DNA from: Octopus vulgaris | Lineage: Eukaryota | DNA length: 64,000 bases | Assembly: GCA_951406725.2 (NCBI GenBank) | Contig: OX597820.1 | Coordinates: forward strand, 58,032,001-58,096,000 | Reading direction: 5' to 3' | Shown: positions 26,943-40,401 of the stretch, piece by piece | Layout of the letters: each line of letters starts with the position of its first letter | How positions within the stretch are numbered: position 1 is the stretch's first letter | Notes under the pieces: generated by a model | The model's database searches: none | Seen by the model: the letters and a program-made list of their open reading frames with translations, nothing else | Told to the model about the DNA's origin: nothing | Translations under genes and position numbers: made by a program

Positions 26943-27496
26943 TCATCATCATCATCATCATCATCATCATCGTTTAACGTCCGTTCTCCATGCTAGCATG
27001 GGTTGGACGGTTCGACCGGGGATCTGGGAAGCCAGAAGGCTGCACCAGGCTCCAGTCTTATCTGGCAATGTTTCTACAGCTGGATGCCCTTCCTAACGCC
27101 AACCACTCCGTGAGTGTAGTGAGTGCTTTTTACGTGCCACCTGCACAGGTGCCAGGCGAGGCTGGCAACGGCCACGGTCGGATTGGTGTATTTTATGTGC
27201 CACCGGCACGGAAGCCAGTCGAGGCGGCGCTGGCATCGGCCACGAGTCGGATAGTGCTTTTTACATACCACCAGACCAGGGATCCTGGCTGGTTCAATTC
27301 GATTTCGATTTCGCTTGCCCCAACATGTCTTCGCAAACAAAGGGGGTTGGCATGGGTGCCTGTCGTACGGTTGGATTGGTGTATTTTACGTGCCACCGGC
27401 ACGGAAGCCAGTGGAGGCGGCGCTGGCATCGGCCACGAGTCAGATAGTGCTTTTTACGTACCACCAGACCAGGGATCTTGGCTGGTTCAGTTCGAT
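26943..27496 (-). mobile_element. RTE-tailed non-autonomous retroelement with (GAT)n tail and internal duplication
   Basis: Minus-strand end ccatgctagcatggagaacggacgttaaacgatgatgatg; same tail on + at 48665-48788. 27180-27303 is duplicated at 27373-27496. Confidence 0.8.
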
Positions 27497-27573
27497 ATAT
27501 ATATATATATATATATAATATTATACAGATACATTGTACATATATATATATACTGACAGACATGCTCACACAA

Positions 27574-27621
<48 letters not shown>

Positions 27622-27631
27622 CACAGTGTGC

Positions 27632-27668
<37 letters not shown>

Positions 27669-28389
27669 CATGCATTTATATACTGACATGCATACACACA
27701 TAGAAGTGTTTATATATGTGTTTATGTGTGTGCGTATTAATGTACGTACATGTGTGCATCCGTATGTTTCATGAATCTGTAAAATATTCTGCTGGAGCTT
27801 TTTCTCTTGTGTGGCGTCATATGCTAAGCAACAAAATTTATCACGTAATTCTGATATCTGTCAAAAGGTTGGGTTGAAAGAACAAACTATTTCAACACAA
27901 AGCTATTTCTAACACGACAGCAGATAGATATTCTTATTCTGACCTCGATAGTTAACCCATGTCCAGTTGTTAAGGCTATATATTTCAAAATTTCTAAAAC
28001 GATAAGACGAAAACGGAGAACTCAAGTTATATGGCAGACCATATACGGAGGTGTTTATTGAACTTTTCTCTAGAGCTTTCTAAGATAAGAGTTAATGCGT
28101 TTGTTTTTTAAGTCCCTTCGCAAAACAAGTTATCAAGAGATTAAGAGTTTATCTTTTAAAACTTGAAAATAATAGTGGTGGTAAATACTACCAAAGTTGA
28201 TAATGTTTATGTGGCGAGTTTACTGTTATAGTTATAAGTTTAGTTGTTCTTATTGCTGCTGCGCTCATGATATTATTGGTTGTGATGGTGATGCTGGTGC
28301 TGATGCTGGTACTGGTGCTGGGGAGTGTTTCTTAGATTAAAAGGCTTCCTATTATTAGTACCATTCTTTGTTTTTATGAGGCTTTTTAT

Positions 28390-28530
28390 TACGAAATTAA
28401 GCGCGAAGATCGCGTTTCTCTGTTTAAGTGATGAGGGATTAATAATAAACAAGTCAGGTTTTTTTATTTCTTTTCTAATTTTATTTCTTCGTTTGTATCT
28501 TTATCGAAACAATGTCTTAATAAATAACAC
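28390..28530 (+). mobile_element. Penelope-like fragment with decayed long-loop hammerhead motif
   Basis: TTAA-GTGATGA-GGGAT...ATC-GAAAC-AAT-GTC-TTAA at 28424-28520. Confidence 0.5.
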
Positions 28531-28669
28531 ACACACTGTGTATCGTATCACTTGCGTGTATGGGTGGGTGTGTGTGTGTATATCATATATCATATATATA
28601 GGCTCAGGCGTGGCTGTGTGGTGAGAAGCCTGCTTCCCAACCACATGGTTCCGGACTAAGTCCCATTCT

Positions 28670-28850
28670 GCCATTCTGTGAGAGTAAAACCTGCTTTAGA
28701 TCTTTCAGCAATAATGACTGTTGGAAATGGGTCCTCACTTTTTGCTCCAAAGTAAACCATAAATGTTCGTTTATATTGAGATCTAGTGGTTGTAGGAGCA
28801 AATTCAAGCCATCTACTTCACTTCCGTGCTCCCCCAGGATCAATAACATT
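28670..28850 (-). pseudogene. Tc1 transposase fragment abutting a SINE A head (28600-28665)
   Basis: LLQPLDLNINEHLWFTLEQKVR..LKDLKQVL resembles WPPQSPDLNIIEHLW. Confidence 0.75.
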
Positions 28851-28992
28851 ATCTATTTGAAATAAAGAATGAACTAGCATAGTTCAGTGAAGTAAAAATC
28901 GTCGCTCTTCAATAGGGCTCCAGCCACAGGTTAAGCGACACAACGATTGGGTGTTACTACGGTCTCATCAATAATGACAAGGTGAAATGCTG

Positions 28993-29148
28993 ACGTGGCT
29001 GTATGGTAAAAAGCTTGTTTCCCAAATACATGGTACGGGTGTCAGTCCCACCGTGTAGAGCCTTGGACGGTATCCTCTACAATAGTCTCAGGCCAACCAA
29101 AGCCTTGTGAGTCGATTAAGTGAACGGAAACTGAAATAAGCCCGTTGA

Positions 29149-29190
<42 letters not shown>

Positions 29191-29432
29191 TGTCATTGTG
29201 TTTCTGCTTGTCCCTCTCCCCGCCCACACCCTTGACAACCGGTGCTGGCGGGTTTACGTCGCCGTAACATAGCGCTTTGATTAAAGCGACCGAAAGAACA
29301 AGTACCGGACTTTAAAAACAGATAAGTACCAGGCTTTAAAAACAAATAACACATTTCACTAAAAGTTCTTCAAGGGCGGTGCCCCAGCACGGCCTCAGTT
29401 TAATGACTAAAACAAGTTAAACATAAAAGATA
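28993..29432 (+). mobile_element. SINE family A (diverged, full length)
   Basis: Head, internal (TG)n and tail collinear with the 18498 copy. Confidence 0.88.
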
Positions 29433-31154
29433 AAATATTGCTGCCAGCAAATTATAACAGCGCATGCTTGCATCTTATCATTCACTCACACATACATTGT
29501 GTCTCTAAAAGTGAACCCTTTTAAAAGGGTTTGTGCAATAGAAAAAAAAAAGGAGACAGAAAAACCGAGGCAGAGGAATGTAGCTATGTTTAAGCCATAT
29601 TATAGAGTTTTATAGGGAGTGCTTTGTAACTCCTTATAAGTCAAACTTTCACGAGTAAATGATATCTACATTTCTTTAATCCTTGTAGCTGAGTTATTTT
29701 TATTAACACCATTATTACAAACAAAACCATTAATCAAAGTAGCAAAAGTTAGTATACGCTATTGCTTAAATGCCGAGAAATAACAGTTAAAACTCTTTTC
29801 TGCTCTCTTTAGGAGCCGCAGAATCACATTGGACACTATAGTCGTAGATAGAACATAGCCGAAAATTCGATGGGATAGTTGCGGATGGAAAAAAAATAGC
29901 AGCAATCATTTTAGACAGAAAGTCTTGCATTTAAAATAGTATATAATTTTACACTGACATAAACTAAATATATCGTCACAAATTTAGAATATTCTGCCCT
30001 GAACAGACAAGCAACCGGAAGTGAGAAATCAACTCCACCCCGTATGGCGACAGCCTGTATGCATATCCGGCACACCTCAGACATAACAACAAACGTTTCA
30101 TCATTTATACAAAAGTTATATAGAGATATATACTGGCCATTCAACAACCTTTGTATGATTGTAATGTCCTGCATGCATAGTTAATAAATATATTCAATCG
30201 TCTATCTGTGTGAGTGTATATGTTAACTGTATGTGTATGCGTGTGTGTGTTTCCGTATATACTTGTGATTTGTATGTTATGTATATTTATTTGGTATGAG
30301 TATCCTTAACTACAAATGGAAAAATAATTATAACATGTATATTTGTATATGTGTATATATATATATCTGTTTACCTGGGTATTTTTTCAAGTTTCTCCTC
30401 AACAGAGGAAGAGAGAATGATATATTGAGCTGCTCTTTAACATTGAATGAATGTTTCTTCATTAAAATTTAGACATAATCTCGACAGTCATGTATGTATG
30501 TATGTATGTATGTATGTATGTATGTATGTATGTATGTATGTATGTATGTATGTGTGTATCTTTATGTGGATATATGTATGTTTGCCTGTATGAATTTATA
30601 ATGTTTTGACTTACGTCTGCGTACACATGGATATGGTTGTCTATACTTGTACATGTTTGCCTACAACAGGCCCAACCTCTTGAATGTTTTACACATTACA
30701 AGAATATAAAAGGCAGGAACGAGTTTCTAATAAAGAAAGAAGTTTCCATTGCAAAAATCTGGGCTTCAAAATTGGTAACTGTTTACATGTCAAACTTTAG
30801 AAATTTTAACATATTTTTGCTGTTTCGCTTACAGATTGTTTATGAAGTGTGTATAAGCTGGACAATTTCTTTGCCTGATAATCTTAGAGTCGCTTAAACA
30901 TTTACTTACATAACTGACTGCTGTAATAATTAACGGAAGAACAAAAATGCATGAATTTATAATCTGGCTGTTTTCGAAAGAGTTGTCCCTGAATAGCCCT
31001 TTTCTTATTGTTTTAAAAAGAAATGTTCATATCTATGAGGCAGTTAACCCTCTCTGAGTGCAAGTTTACTTTTCTGTGCCAAAGAAACATATTACACCAT
31101 TAAAGTTTGCGGTTAACAGAAATTTTGATGAGTATGTTTCACCAATATTCTCTG

Positions 31155-31352
31155 CATGTTTCCGGGTTCAGTCCCACTACGTGGCACTTAGGGCAAGTTA
31201 TCTTATACTATTGCCTCGGTTCAACCAAAGCCTTGTGAGCGGAGTTGGTAGACGGAAACTGAAAGAAACCCATCGTGTGTGTGTGTGTCTTGGTGTCTCC
31301 GTTTGTCTCCCACACTGCTTGACAGTTGGTGTTGGTGTGTTTACGTTCCCCT
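31155..31352 (+). mobile_element. SINE family A internal fragment
   Basis: ttccgggttcagtcccactacgtggcacttagggcaag..gtgtttacgttcccc. Confidence 0.85.
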
Positions 31353-32991
31353 AACAGGAACAGTGGGAGTGAATAACTTTATGGCATTTTCGGCACTTGT
31401 TGATATAGGAAATGTTCCTGATGAACGTGACATAATCGATATTATTGGACGCATATACATGGGGTTGGATAGCTTCTCTGTCACTTTTGTTCTTTAGACA
31501 TTTCATAACTAGCTATCTCCTTTACCCTTGACTTCGGAAACGTAATCTTTGAAATGTGTCACAATATGAAGGCCAAGTCACCTAAAGAAACTATATTTTA
31601 TGCTATTTATAGGACTCTCCCTGAATATACAGGTAACATATCCATATATATCCATTTTGTAGTTTATGCTGAGTGTTCTTTCTACCGAGGTTTTACAAGG
31701 TCCGTTAGTCCAGCAATTTTGAGTGTCAAATCGGATGTTATCAGGAAATGAGTACTTTTGTGTTCACTTTTTCATATTTGCAACTACTGCTTAACAGATA
31801 TTGTTTGAATAATATCACACAACACTAAAAATTTGTCTTCCCCTTTATCCCTACAACCGCCTTCCTTCTGAGATAGAGCCTGTTAACACCACTGTTTCTG
31901 TAAATGTTCCCAGTTGATGTTAGGATCTTGCGGGGATTTTATATCTATGAAGTAAATGTCTGCTGTATCCCAAAATAAGTACTGATATTGCAAATGCAAC
32001 GTATGATATCTTGCTCTATGAGCAAGTGTCTAAATGCCGTATCTTTTTAAAGTCTAGAATAATATTCTGTTGATAGCCTTTCCTTGTTCACAGGAACTAT
32101 ATGTGATATATTTTCATCAATACCGATACATTTATAGCATTTAGAAAATAGTAAGGTCCTATTGACGTAAAGGTTTGAGATTTGAAAAACAGTTTTCATA
32201 TGTTTAACAAATATGGACATTTCTTTTGGCTAAATTCCATTTCTGTATCAGCTGAAAATGTCATTAAATCCAGCTATTTCTCAATATTTTAAATATTTCG
32301 AAAATTGAACTTTCGTTTATTCACAAAGAAATCCTAAATTACATTGATATCTCTGGCAGTATATTGTAGTATGTAACAATCTGGAAATTTATAAAGGAAA
32401 TGACAGTGGTTTTGGTAACGAAATAAACAGACCAAACTTTCACACAGGAATATTGCCTTTGAAATATTTATAATACCGGAGGCAGTTGTTCTAAACTCAA
32501 TTATATGTGTGAATATCGTTGACTAGGTCTTTTTTTTTTTTTGAGCCTTTCATTGGCAGCAGCAAAGCAGCAGTATCTTTGCCAAGTGAAGTTACTTCGG
32601 CAGTCATGAATGAGGAAGGGAATTAAATACCGTTCTGTAATCAAACTGAGCTGTCACTATATCAGTGGCGTTCTAAATAATAGCACGACTTTATCAAAAA
32701 TTGTTCGGCACATTTCCACCTGCCACACTTCTTTCTATTTACCTGGCCATCAGTCACCATATTACTACACTCTCAGAGGTTTCCGTGGAATTATCTGAGA
32801 CAGCTTATGTAAAGTTTGTTCATAGGTATATTTATATGCAAGAGTGTGTGTATGTATATGCATTCATTTATTCATTACCTTTGAAAAATTTTCAATAACA
32901 CAGAGAACCGGTTTTCAACACAGAAGCCAGGCTGTTTCAATGGAATTTAGATAGTTTTAACTACACTGTCGTGTGTGTGTGTGTGTGTGTG

Positions 32992-33373
32992 TAGGTGCAG
33001 GCGTGGCTGCGTGATAGGGACCTTGCTTCCCAACCACATGGTTCCGGATTCAGTCCCACTACGTGGTACTTAGGGCAAGTGTCTTCTACTATTTCCGCGG
33101 GACGACCAAAGCCTTGTGAGAGGAGTTGGTAGATGAAAACTGAAAGAAGCCCGTCGTATGTGTATGTGTCTTTGTAGCTGTGTTTGTCCCCCACACCGCT
33201 TGACGACAGGTGTTGGTGTTTACGTCCACCTAACTTAGCGGTTCGGCAAATGGAAAGAATAGAATAAATACCAGGCTTAGAAAATAAGTCCTCGGCTCGA
33301 TTTGTTTGAGTAAAATCCCTCAAAGCGTTGCCTCAGCCTGGCCGAAGTCAAATGACTGGAACAAGTAAAAGAT
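32992..33373 (+). mobile_element. SINE family A (full length)
   Basis: Collinear with the 18498 copy. Confidence 0.9.
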
Positions 33374-33424
33374 AAAGTATAAAAGATATGTATACACTGG
33401 GGTTGGACAGAATAATGGAAATAA

Positions 33425-33657
33425 AGCAGCGAACAGGCAGAAGCGTTAGCACGCCGGGTGAAATGCTTAGCAGTATTTCGTCTGCCGCTACGTTCTGAGT
33501 TCAAATTCCGCCGAGGTCGACTTTGCCTTTCATCCTTTCGGAGTCGATAAATTAAGTACCAGTTACGCACTGGGGTCGATGTAAACGACTTAATCCCTTT
33601 GTCTGCCCTTGTTTGTCACCTCTATGTTTAGCCCCTTGTGGGCAATAAAGAAATAAG
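33425..33657 (+). mobile_element. SINE family B (full length)
   Basis: Collinear with the 26645 copy. Confidence 0.9.
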
Positions 33658-34399
33658 ATGGAAAGTGGGATCGCAATAGCCTTATCATTTATTGCATTAA
33701 TTTTCTAAAATACTTTTAGATTTTTCGTTATTTTCTACGTGCACCATCTGGCAACATTAGTGATCTAAATTCTCTGACAATCCATATTATACAGATGAAA
33801 TTATTTTTGCGCCAGTTGTGTTTAAATAGCGATCAGCACGTTTTTGTAATGTGTTTAATTTTATTGAATCGTAGCAAGGCAGCTTTGAAACTTTTGAGTA
33901 GCACTGTTCTCAAACATTAGTTACTCAAGTTTTTCCTTTCTAGAAAATGGTAAAAGAATAAACTATGTAGTTTTTTTTCCCTCAAAATCGTTTTCAAATG
34001 GGTTCTTTGCAAGATATGTATACATTCAGACATTAAAAAAGACGCCTTACTTCTTCGCTATTCAAATAAATCTGAGCCTTCTGCATTTAAAACGTTAACA
34101 ATTTTAATAACTCTAATAAAACAAAAGAAAATTAAATCAGAGATCATTTTCAGTGAAGCTAAAGTCATTTAAAAACTGTCAGCAGTTTTTCAGTAATGTG
34201 AATATTTCAGAGCATGAGGCAAATTATTGTCTTTTAAATTATATTTGAAAAATTTTGTATTTTTCGAAATATTTTCGCAGATCATTTCCATTTAAGCAAC
34301 ATGCCTGGAGAACGAAAAATCTCCATACTTTTCATACATTGCTTCTACAGCTACAATGCAACGACGAAACATCACAACGCTTCCTATGAAAATAAACTA

Positions 34400-35670
34400 G
34401 ATATACTTGATTTGTGATACTGAGTGGGGGAAAAACAAGAAGTAAGCACCACATCAAGTTCGCAACAAGAGAGGTAGTACAAAAAGATATTATTAATGCC
34501 TGTGCCGTACTCATTATATGGAGAGAACAATGAGATAATCATACTGAGTGCTATGTTTGTAGTGTTCAAATAATTAGACGTACTTATAGATATTTGTCTA
34601 TTCAAACATGTAATCAGTACATTTACCAATCCATCATAATGAAGCAATGTCCATTCCCTTTCTCCAAAACGATTTATTTAATTTTTATAGGTAATGAAAT
34701 GGATAGTGGTGAAGGAGAAAATGATGGAAGGGTTGGATATTTTTAACAGATTTTTTATATAAATCTGAAAAAAAATTTGAAACTAAAGTTATTTATTTAC
34801 TCAAGAGCATTTGAATGAATATATTCGATACTTATCAATCGCTGTTTAGACAGAAGAATAGGGATTCCTGTCTCAAAACTGAAGGAAGGTAGTTTGCTCT
34901 ACCAACATATGCAAATGAGTAGCTCTCACAACGGAAATTTAATTTTGCCAATATGCTTTATATTACATAATCCACTCTGCTAATGGAATGACTTCAATGA
35001 ACATGTCATAAAACTGCCTCTCATAAATCATTAAATAGCGTGTGCATCAATGGGGTTCCTGTAGAGATCCCAAAGTTACTGGAATACTTATGCAAAAGTA
35101 GGCCAAATTTACAAACCAGTGCTGTTTCTCAAATCTACGTGACTGGCTACAGAGAGCAACAAGTATTCCAACAATGAACAGTATCCAATCTCATTTTAGA
35201 AGATATTTCTGCCCACTCCCTACATTAAATTTGATTTAATGAGAAATTTTGTTGAAGCAATGACTAAATTTAACTCAAGAGAGTTTCATTAAGTATCTAA
35301 AAATTTTCCAAATGTGCATGTGACCAATTTAAAAGAGGCAGCAGGTCATCACTTCACAATACACTGGAATTAAAAACATAGTCGGCTTTCAAATTATTAT
35401 GAGAACACGTCCACCTTGATGCCTATAAATATGGGCTCTCGGGCATCATTAAAACTAGTCGTCCTACATTCTCATCTAGATCTATTTCCCGAAAATGTTT
35501 GTTCGGTTAGCAGCAAGGAAGAAACATACCATTAATATATTATAAGGCAATGGTAACACGATACAGTGATTTTAAAATAAAGGCATGATGGTTGACTATC
35601 GTTCGGTTTCATAATATGAACACTCTGACAAACTTAGTAAGAGAAATTCATGTTCACATTATTTTTAAAG
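34400..35670 (+). pseudogene. Chapaev3-like (CMC superfamily) transposase remnant
   Basis: Ordered decayed motifs: MP.AV.IIWREQ..HTECYVC (~34500-34560), LHIKFDLMRNFVEAM (~35220-35262), LHSHLDLFPEN (~35464-35497), GMMVDY (~35582-35600). Confidence 0.7.
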
Positions 35671-36599
35671 CTTTTATTGTGTATAATCTTCCATGACATG
35701 CCTATCTAAAGAATGGATGTCGTATAAATGAGGTTAATTTTTATTTTTATTTATGCATTAATTACGTGTCTTTTTATCGTTACACCCTAAATATTAATAA
35801 ATTTGAGAAAATGAAAATTGTCGTATTTGCAAAACTATATTTGCTGGCGAAAAAAATAATGATAGATTTGTAACGGACGTCTAATACTTTCCAGAAAGCT
35901 TTCCTTGCTCGTGTGTTTAATTTTGCGCAACTACTTTATATTATGTTGTTTGTCTGACAGGCAAAGCTTGCAAAACTATTCTGCTACATGTACGAAGTCT
36001 GTGCCCATAATGTCCTATCATAGGTTTAAACATCGAGGTTCAGATTTTTTTGCAAAGATATATTTCAGTGCAATCAACAAAAGTAATATAGCCACAGGCA
36101 AGTGAGTGTTATACATTCATGCAATACACGAAAAGTATACTTTCAGCTCATCACACAGAGAAAACCCAATTCATTTGTGATCACCAGTTCTGCTTACCAA
36201 AAGTGGCCCGTTTGGTACTGTGCATTCGTCGCGTCGCAATGGTTGCGATATACGGCCAACTCCGATCTGGAGAGGAGCTCATTACACGCAGAAAACCTGA
36301 TTCGTTTGTGATATATCTGCTTTTGTGCAAATCCATGTGACATACTCTGTTTGGTAATACCACAAATATGGGTAATTTGCTTGCTTGATATCAACAGTGA
36401 GGTTTATATACATGATTATTTAAGTAGAAAGTGGTGCATCATAGCAGGAAATAGTTCATAGGTAAAAGAAAGAATTGTCTTATGACCATGAATTTCAAGT
36501 GAATAACCAACATAAATGCGATGAATCAGATAAAATAAAAATTGAAGTAGAATAAGGTAAATAAATATGATGTGCCTGATACATAAATAAAAGACCTTG

Positions 36600-36850
36600 G
36601 GGTTGGCTTCTTCGAAGATACAAAGACCAACTTAAAGCAAGACTGAAAATTACTGGAATTGAGTGTCAATCATTTAAGACACAAGTCCGAAACCGTACCC
36701 AGTGGTGGTGTTCCATTAGTATCGGAACCAAACACTTCGAAGCCACTAGAAGAGCAAAGGAAGAAATCAAACGATAGGAGAGAAAGGCTCGACAAAATCA
36801 ACCTCTTCCTCCACCAATATTACCATGCAGTCGATTCCACCGATTCTTTG
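36600..36850 (+). mobile_element. RTE-like LINE ORF C-terminal fragment
   Basis: Frame not listed in the track: LRRYKDQLKARLKITGI..RTQWWCSISIGTKHFEATRRAKEEIKR*ERK..PCSR. Confidence 0.7.
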
Positions 36851-37445
36851 ATACAAGAATTGGGCTACGAAGTCATCAACGTCATTATCACAAAGGAAAC
36901 ATTCAGCAAAGAAGAAACTAAATTCTCAGATACGATAGATGCCAACAATGACGAGTACGATATAATAATATGCATAAGTGAAACGCTTAGCAATTAAAAG
37001 CTGATGCTAATACACAGAAACGATTGTTGTGATTAGATGAAAGCCTGTTCACTCCATCTTGTATTATATTTTTGCTGCGAATTGCGCATATACTAACGGA
37101 TTTCCACATGTATATCTATTAAAAGAAGCAACCCTACTGTATGTTAGCATATGATAGCCGGTACTCCTAGGGGAGGTTTGGAATGCACGTTATAAGGCGA
37201 CTGGGAGCGTCGGTATCGGTAATATATACGTAATATATATATATATATATATGCATTCACACATACATACATACATACATACATACATACATACATACAT
37301 ACATACCTATATACATATAGTTGGATATACGTATATGTGTGTGTGTTTGAGTGTGTATGTATTTATATATATATATATATTCACAAATGAGGAACAGCGA
37401 CCGGCAGACAACAGGACCGTATATCCCTGTTATATGAGATGAAGT

Positions 37446-37480
<35 letters not shown>

Positions 37481-37499
37481 CCATCTCGTTCGTACCATC

Positions 37500-37880
37500 A
37501 CGTGGTGCTTATAATCGCACCCAATCCTTCATCATTTTATCCTTCTTTTCCTCTTTCCTTTCTCTCTACATCCTCTCCTCGTGCTAGTCTTATCATTTCA
37601 CTTTGTCCTTCAAAGAAAGATAAATGCCCTCTAATAACGCTGCCTTTAAAACAATTTCTTTTTCGCTACCAAACAAGATGAATAATATCACTCTTGATTG
37701 GTATGACCCAGCTGTAGGAATACTTAACTTGCCAAGACGTCTGGAATAGCTTTGGACGTAATTCTGTCTCCCTGTAAAGTCTTCTTTTCACCTCGCCTCC
37801 GTCCATAACACCATAACACACAATCACCACCGCCAACATTGCAGGCAAATTTCTTGTATCCTCTATAAAATGGCCTCCAA
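37500..37880 (-). mobile_element. Possible L1/Tx1-like LINE 3' remnant
   Basis: Minus-strand IHLVW*RKRNCFKG..LSFFE resembles the W..R...F motif at the L1 ORF2 C-terminus. Weak. Confidence 0.3.
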
Positions 37881-38296
37881 ACTTTCAATTCCATAAATCA
37901 TTTGTCAGTGTGTGTGTATATGTGTGTGTGTGTATGTGTGTGTGTGTGTGTATGTGTGTGTGTGTGCATGACACAACATTCACACATACAAGCTGTAAGT
38001 CGGCATACACGGAATTCAGTAAGCTTCACACCTAATACGATCAAACACCGACAATCGCATACAGACACACGCTTATAATGCTTGCATTCATAGACACACA
38101 AAGGGAAACATGCACGCACACACACACACTCACTCACACACACGCACACACACACACACACACACAATCAAACAAACAGACATAGAATATACATGTGAAC
38201 ATGAAGCTGTCCGTGCGTGTTGTGTATAAATGTATGATATATGTATATTCACAATATATTTACAAGAGGTTTAAACGATATCTGTGTCAGTATATC

Positions 38297-38390
<94 letters not shown>

Positions 38391-38589
38391 CAAATTATGA
38401 TGAACGCAAACAAACAAATGAAGTTTGCTTTAGAAGTGTTGAGATGTCTTAGAAAGCTAAAGAATTGATTTTAAATTCTCAAACGCAGTATAATGCTAAT
38501 AATATAGCCTGGACAAGATAAGGTACCCCTATTTTGCAGAAAAAAGTGTTGGTGGCCGTGATTATGTGTGTATATATATATATATATGT

Positions 38590-38786
38590 ATAGGGATAAT
38601 TCACAAAAAAAAACAGAAGACGAAAACAGGTGGTGTAGACAACAAACATATGTATTAGTTTATCGCTCGGGAAGTGAAAAAGTCTTTGCCGTTTCGAGCC
38701 TATGGTCTCCTCCACAGAAAGTAACACAGAAAGAAACAAGGAGAGAAAATAAAGAATTTGTAGTGGCTAGTGATCTATCATGACGA
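38590..38786 (-). mobile_element. Penelope-like terminal fragment between (TA)n tracts with decayed hammerhead motif
   Basis: Minus strand 38684-38721: CTTT-CTGTGGA-G-GAGACC-ATA-GGCTC-GAAAC-GGC-AAAG. Confidence 0.6.
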
Positions 38787-38787
38787 A

Positions 38788-38823
<36 letters not shown>

Positions 38824-38825
38824 CG

Positions 38826-39830
38826 CAGTCATGTCAGAAGTAAATAGACACCCTTATAATCATTAACATTTATTTAAATCTGAAATTATACATTCAAATT
38901 ATTTATTAATTATTATAATGTAAGTATTTAATATTTAGTAGACAAGACCTTTGCATTTTTCACTGCAAGGACCCTGTTGGGCATGTTATTGATCAGATGA
39001 CGAATATTTTCTTGCGGGATTTCTTACCAAGTTTCATTCAGTAATCTCAAAAGATCTGGCTTTGAAGATGCTTCCTTGTTCTTTTTATGAACTATCCTGT
39101 TCATTATGTTTCAGGGGTGTTAAATAGGATCCATATCTGGTAAATGGCTTGGCCATGGAAGCTTTTTAATGCCAGCCATTCTCATCTAACAAATCCTGGA
39201 TCATTTTAGACGTGTGACAAGGAGCCCCATCTTCCATATATAAAGAGTTTTCCTTATTCATTTCACCACTGGAGAAGTTTGGAAGGAGACTCTCCTGCAA
39301 TATGGACACATATTTATCTGAGTTTATGTTTCCCTCACACTCCATCTACTCTGATCAACCATTGTTCCAAATTGCTCCCCAGACCATCACAGAATAGCTG
39401 CCCTCTTTCATTGTTGGCTTCAATCTTTTTGCACCAAATCGTTGCTCACAGAGTTTCCAGGCCCACACTCGAGCACTGTCAGAAAATACAGCAAATCTGG
39501 ACAGTGCCCCAAAATGCTAGTGGCCTCTCCACCTTTTCACTGGCCCAATATTTTCTCCGTTTCATGTTGGCTGGTCAAAGAAGTGGCTTCCTTCTCGCTG
39601 CTCTGCCATAGTAACCAAGTTTGTGGAGATACCTGACAGCTGTTCCGGGACCTGACATCAACTTGTTCAGCTATGTCAGAGGCCTAGCAACGAGGATTAA
39701 TCTCCACACTTCTTTTAGCAAAAAGAAGGGTCCTGTCAGAGGGCCCTGGCACCGCCTTAAAGAACTTTTTACTCGAATGAATCAACCCGCAATACATTTT
39801 GTAAAGGCCCGGTATTTTTTTCTATCTGTC
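38826..39830 (-). mobile_element. Tc1-family transposon remnant
   Basis: TIR-like cagtcatgtcagaagtaaatagacaccc at the left end. Minus-strand MEDGAPCHTSK, PWPSHLPDMDPI, ETW*EIPQENIRHLINNMPNRVLAVKNAK. Confidence 0.88.
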
Positions 39831-39842
39831 TCTTTTTGAAGA

Positions 39843-39969
39843 ACCGCTAAGTTACTAAGTTACGGGGACATAGACAAACCAGCACCGGCTGTCAAGCGGT
39901 GGTGGGGGACAAACACAGACACAAAGACACGCGCGCACGCACACACATGCATACACACACACACATATA

Positions 39970-40007
<38 letters not shown>

Positions 40008-40279
40008 ATTTAGAGAAAAAACCTATTTGAAAATATAGCCACGAAATGTGCGTAGTCTATTTATTATTTATTGTTTATGTACTTTATTGATTTTTATAAT
40101 AATGTTTTTTATAGTATATCCAATTTTTTTTGTATATGGTGTGAATAACTTCTTTCACTATTGAATTGCTTAATAGAGATTTTTTCTCTAAATTATATAA
40201 ATATATTACATATTGTGAAATTTGATTTAGAATTGCTAAATTGAATTTTTCCCTGTAAGTTTGGAATTATATTCTCTAC

Positions 40280-40332
<53 letters not shown>

Positions 40333-40336
40333 GTAA

Positions 40337-40401
<65 letters not shown>

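Noticed and set aside
31410-31620. piggyBac-like YMG.D motif / CTGATGA hammerhead start
   Set aside because: Neither the downstream transposase motifs nor a GAAA core could be completed convincingly.
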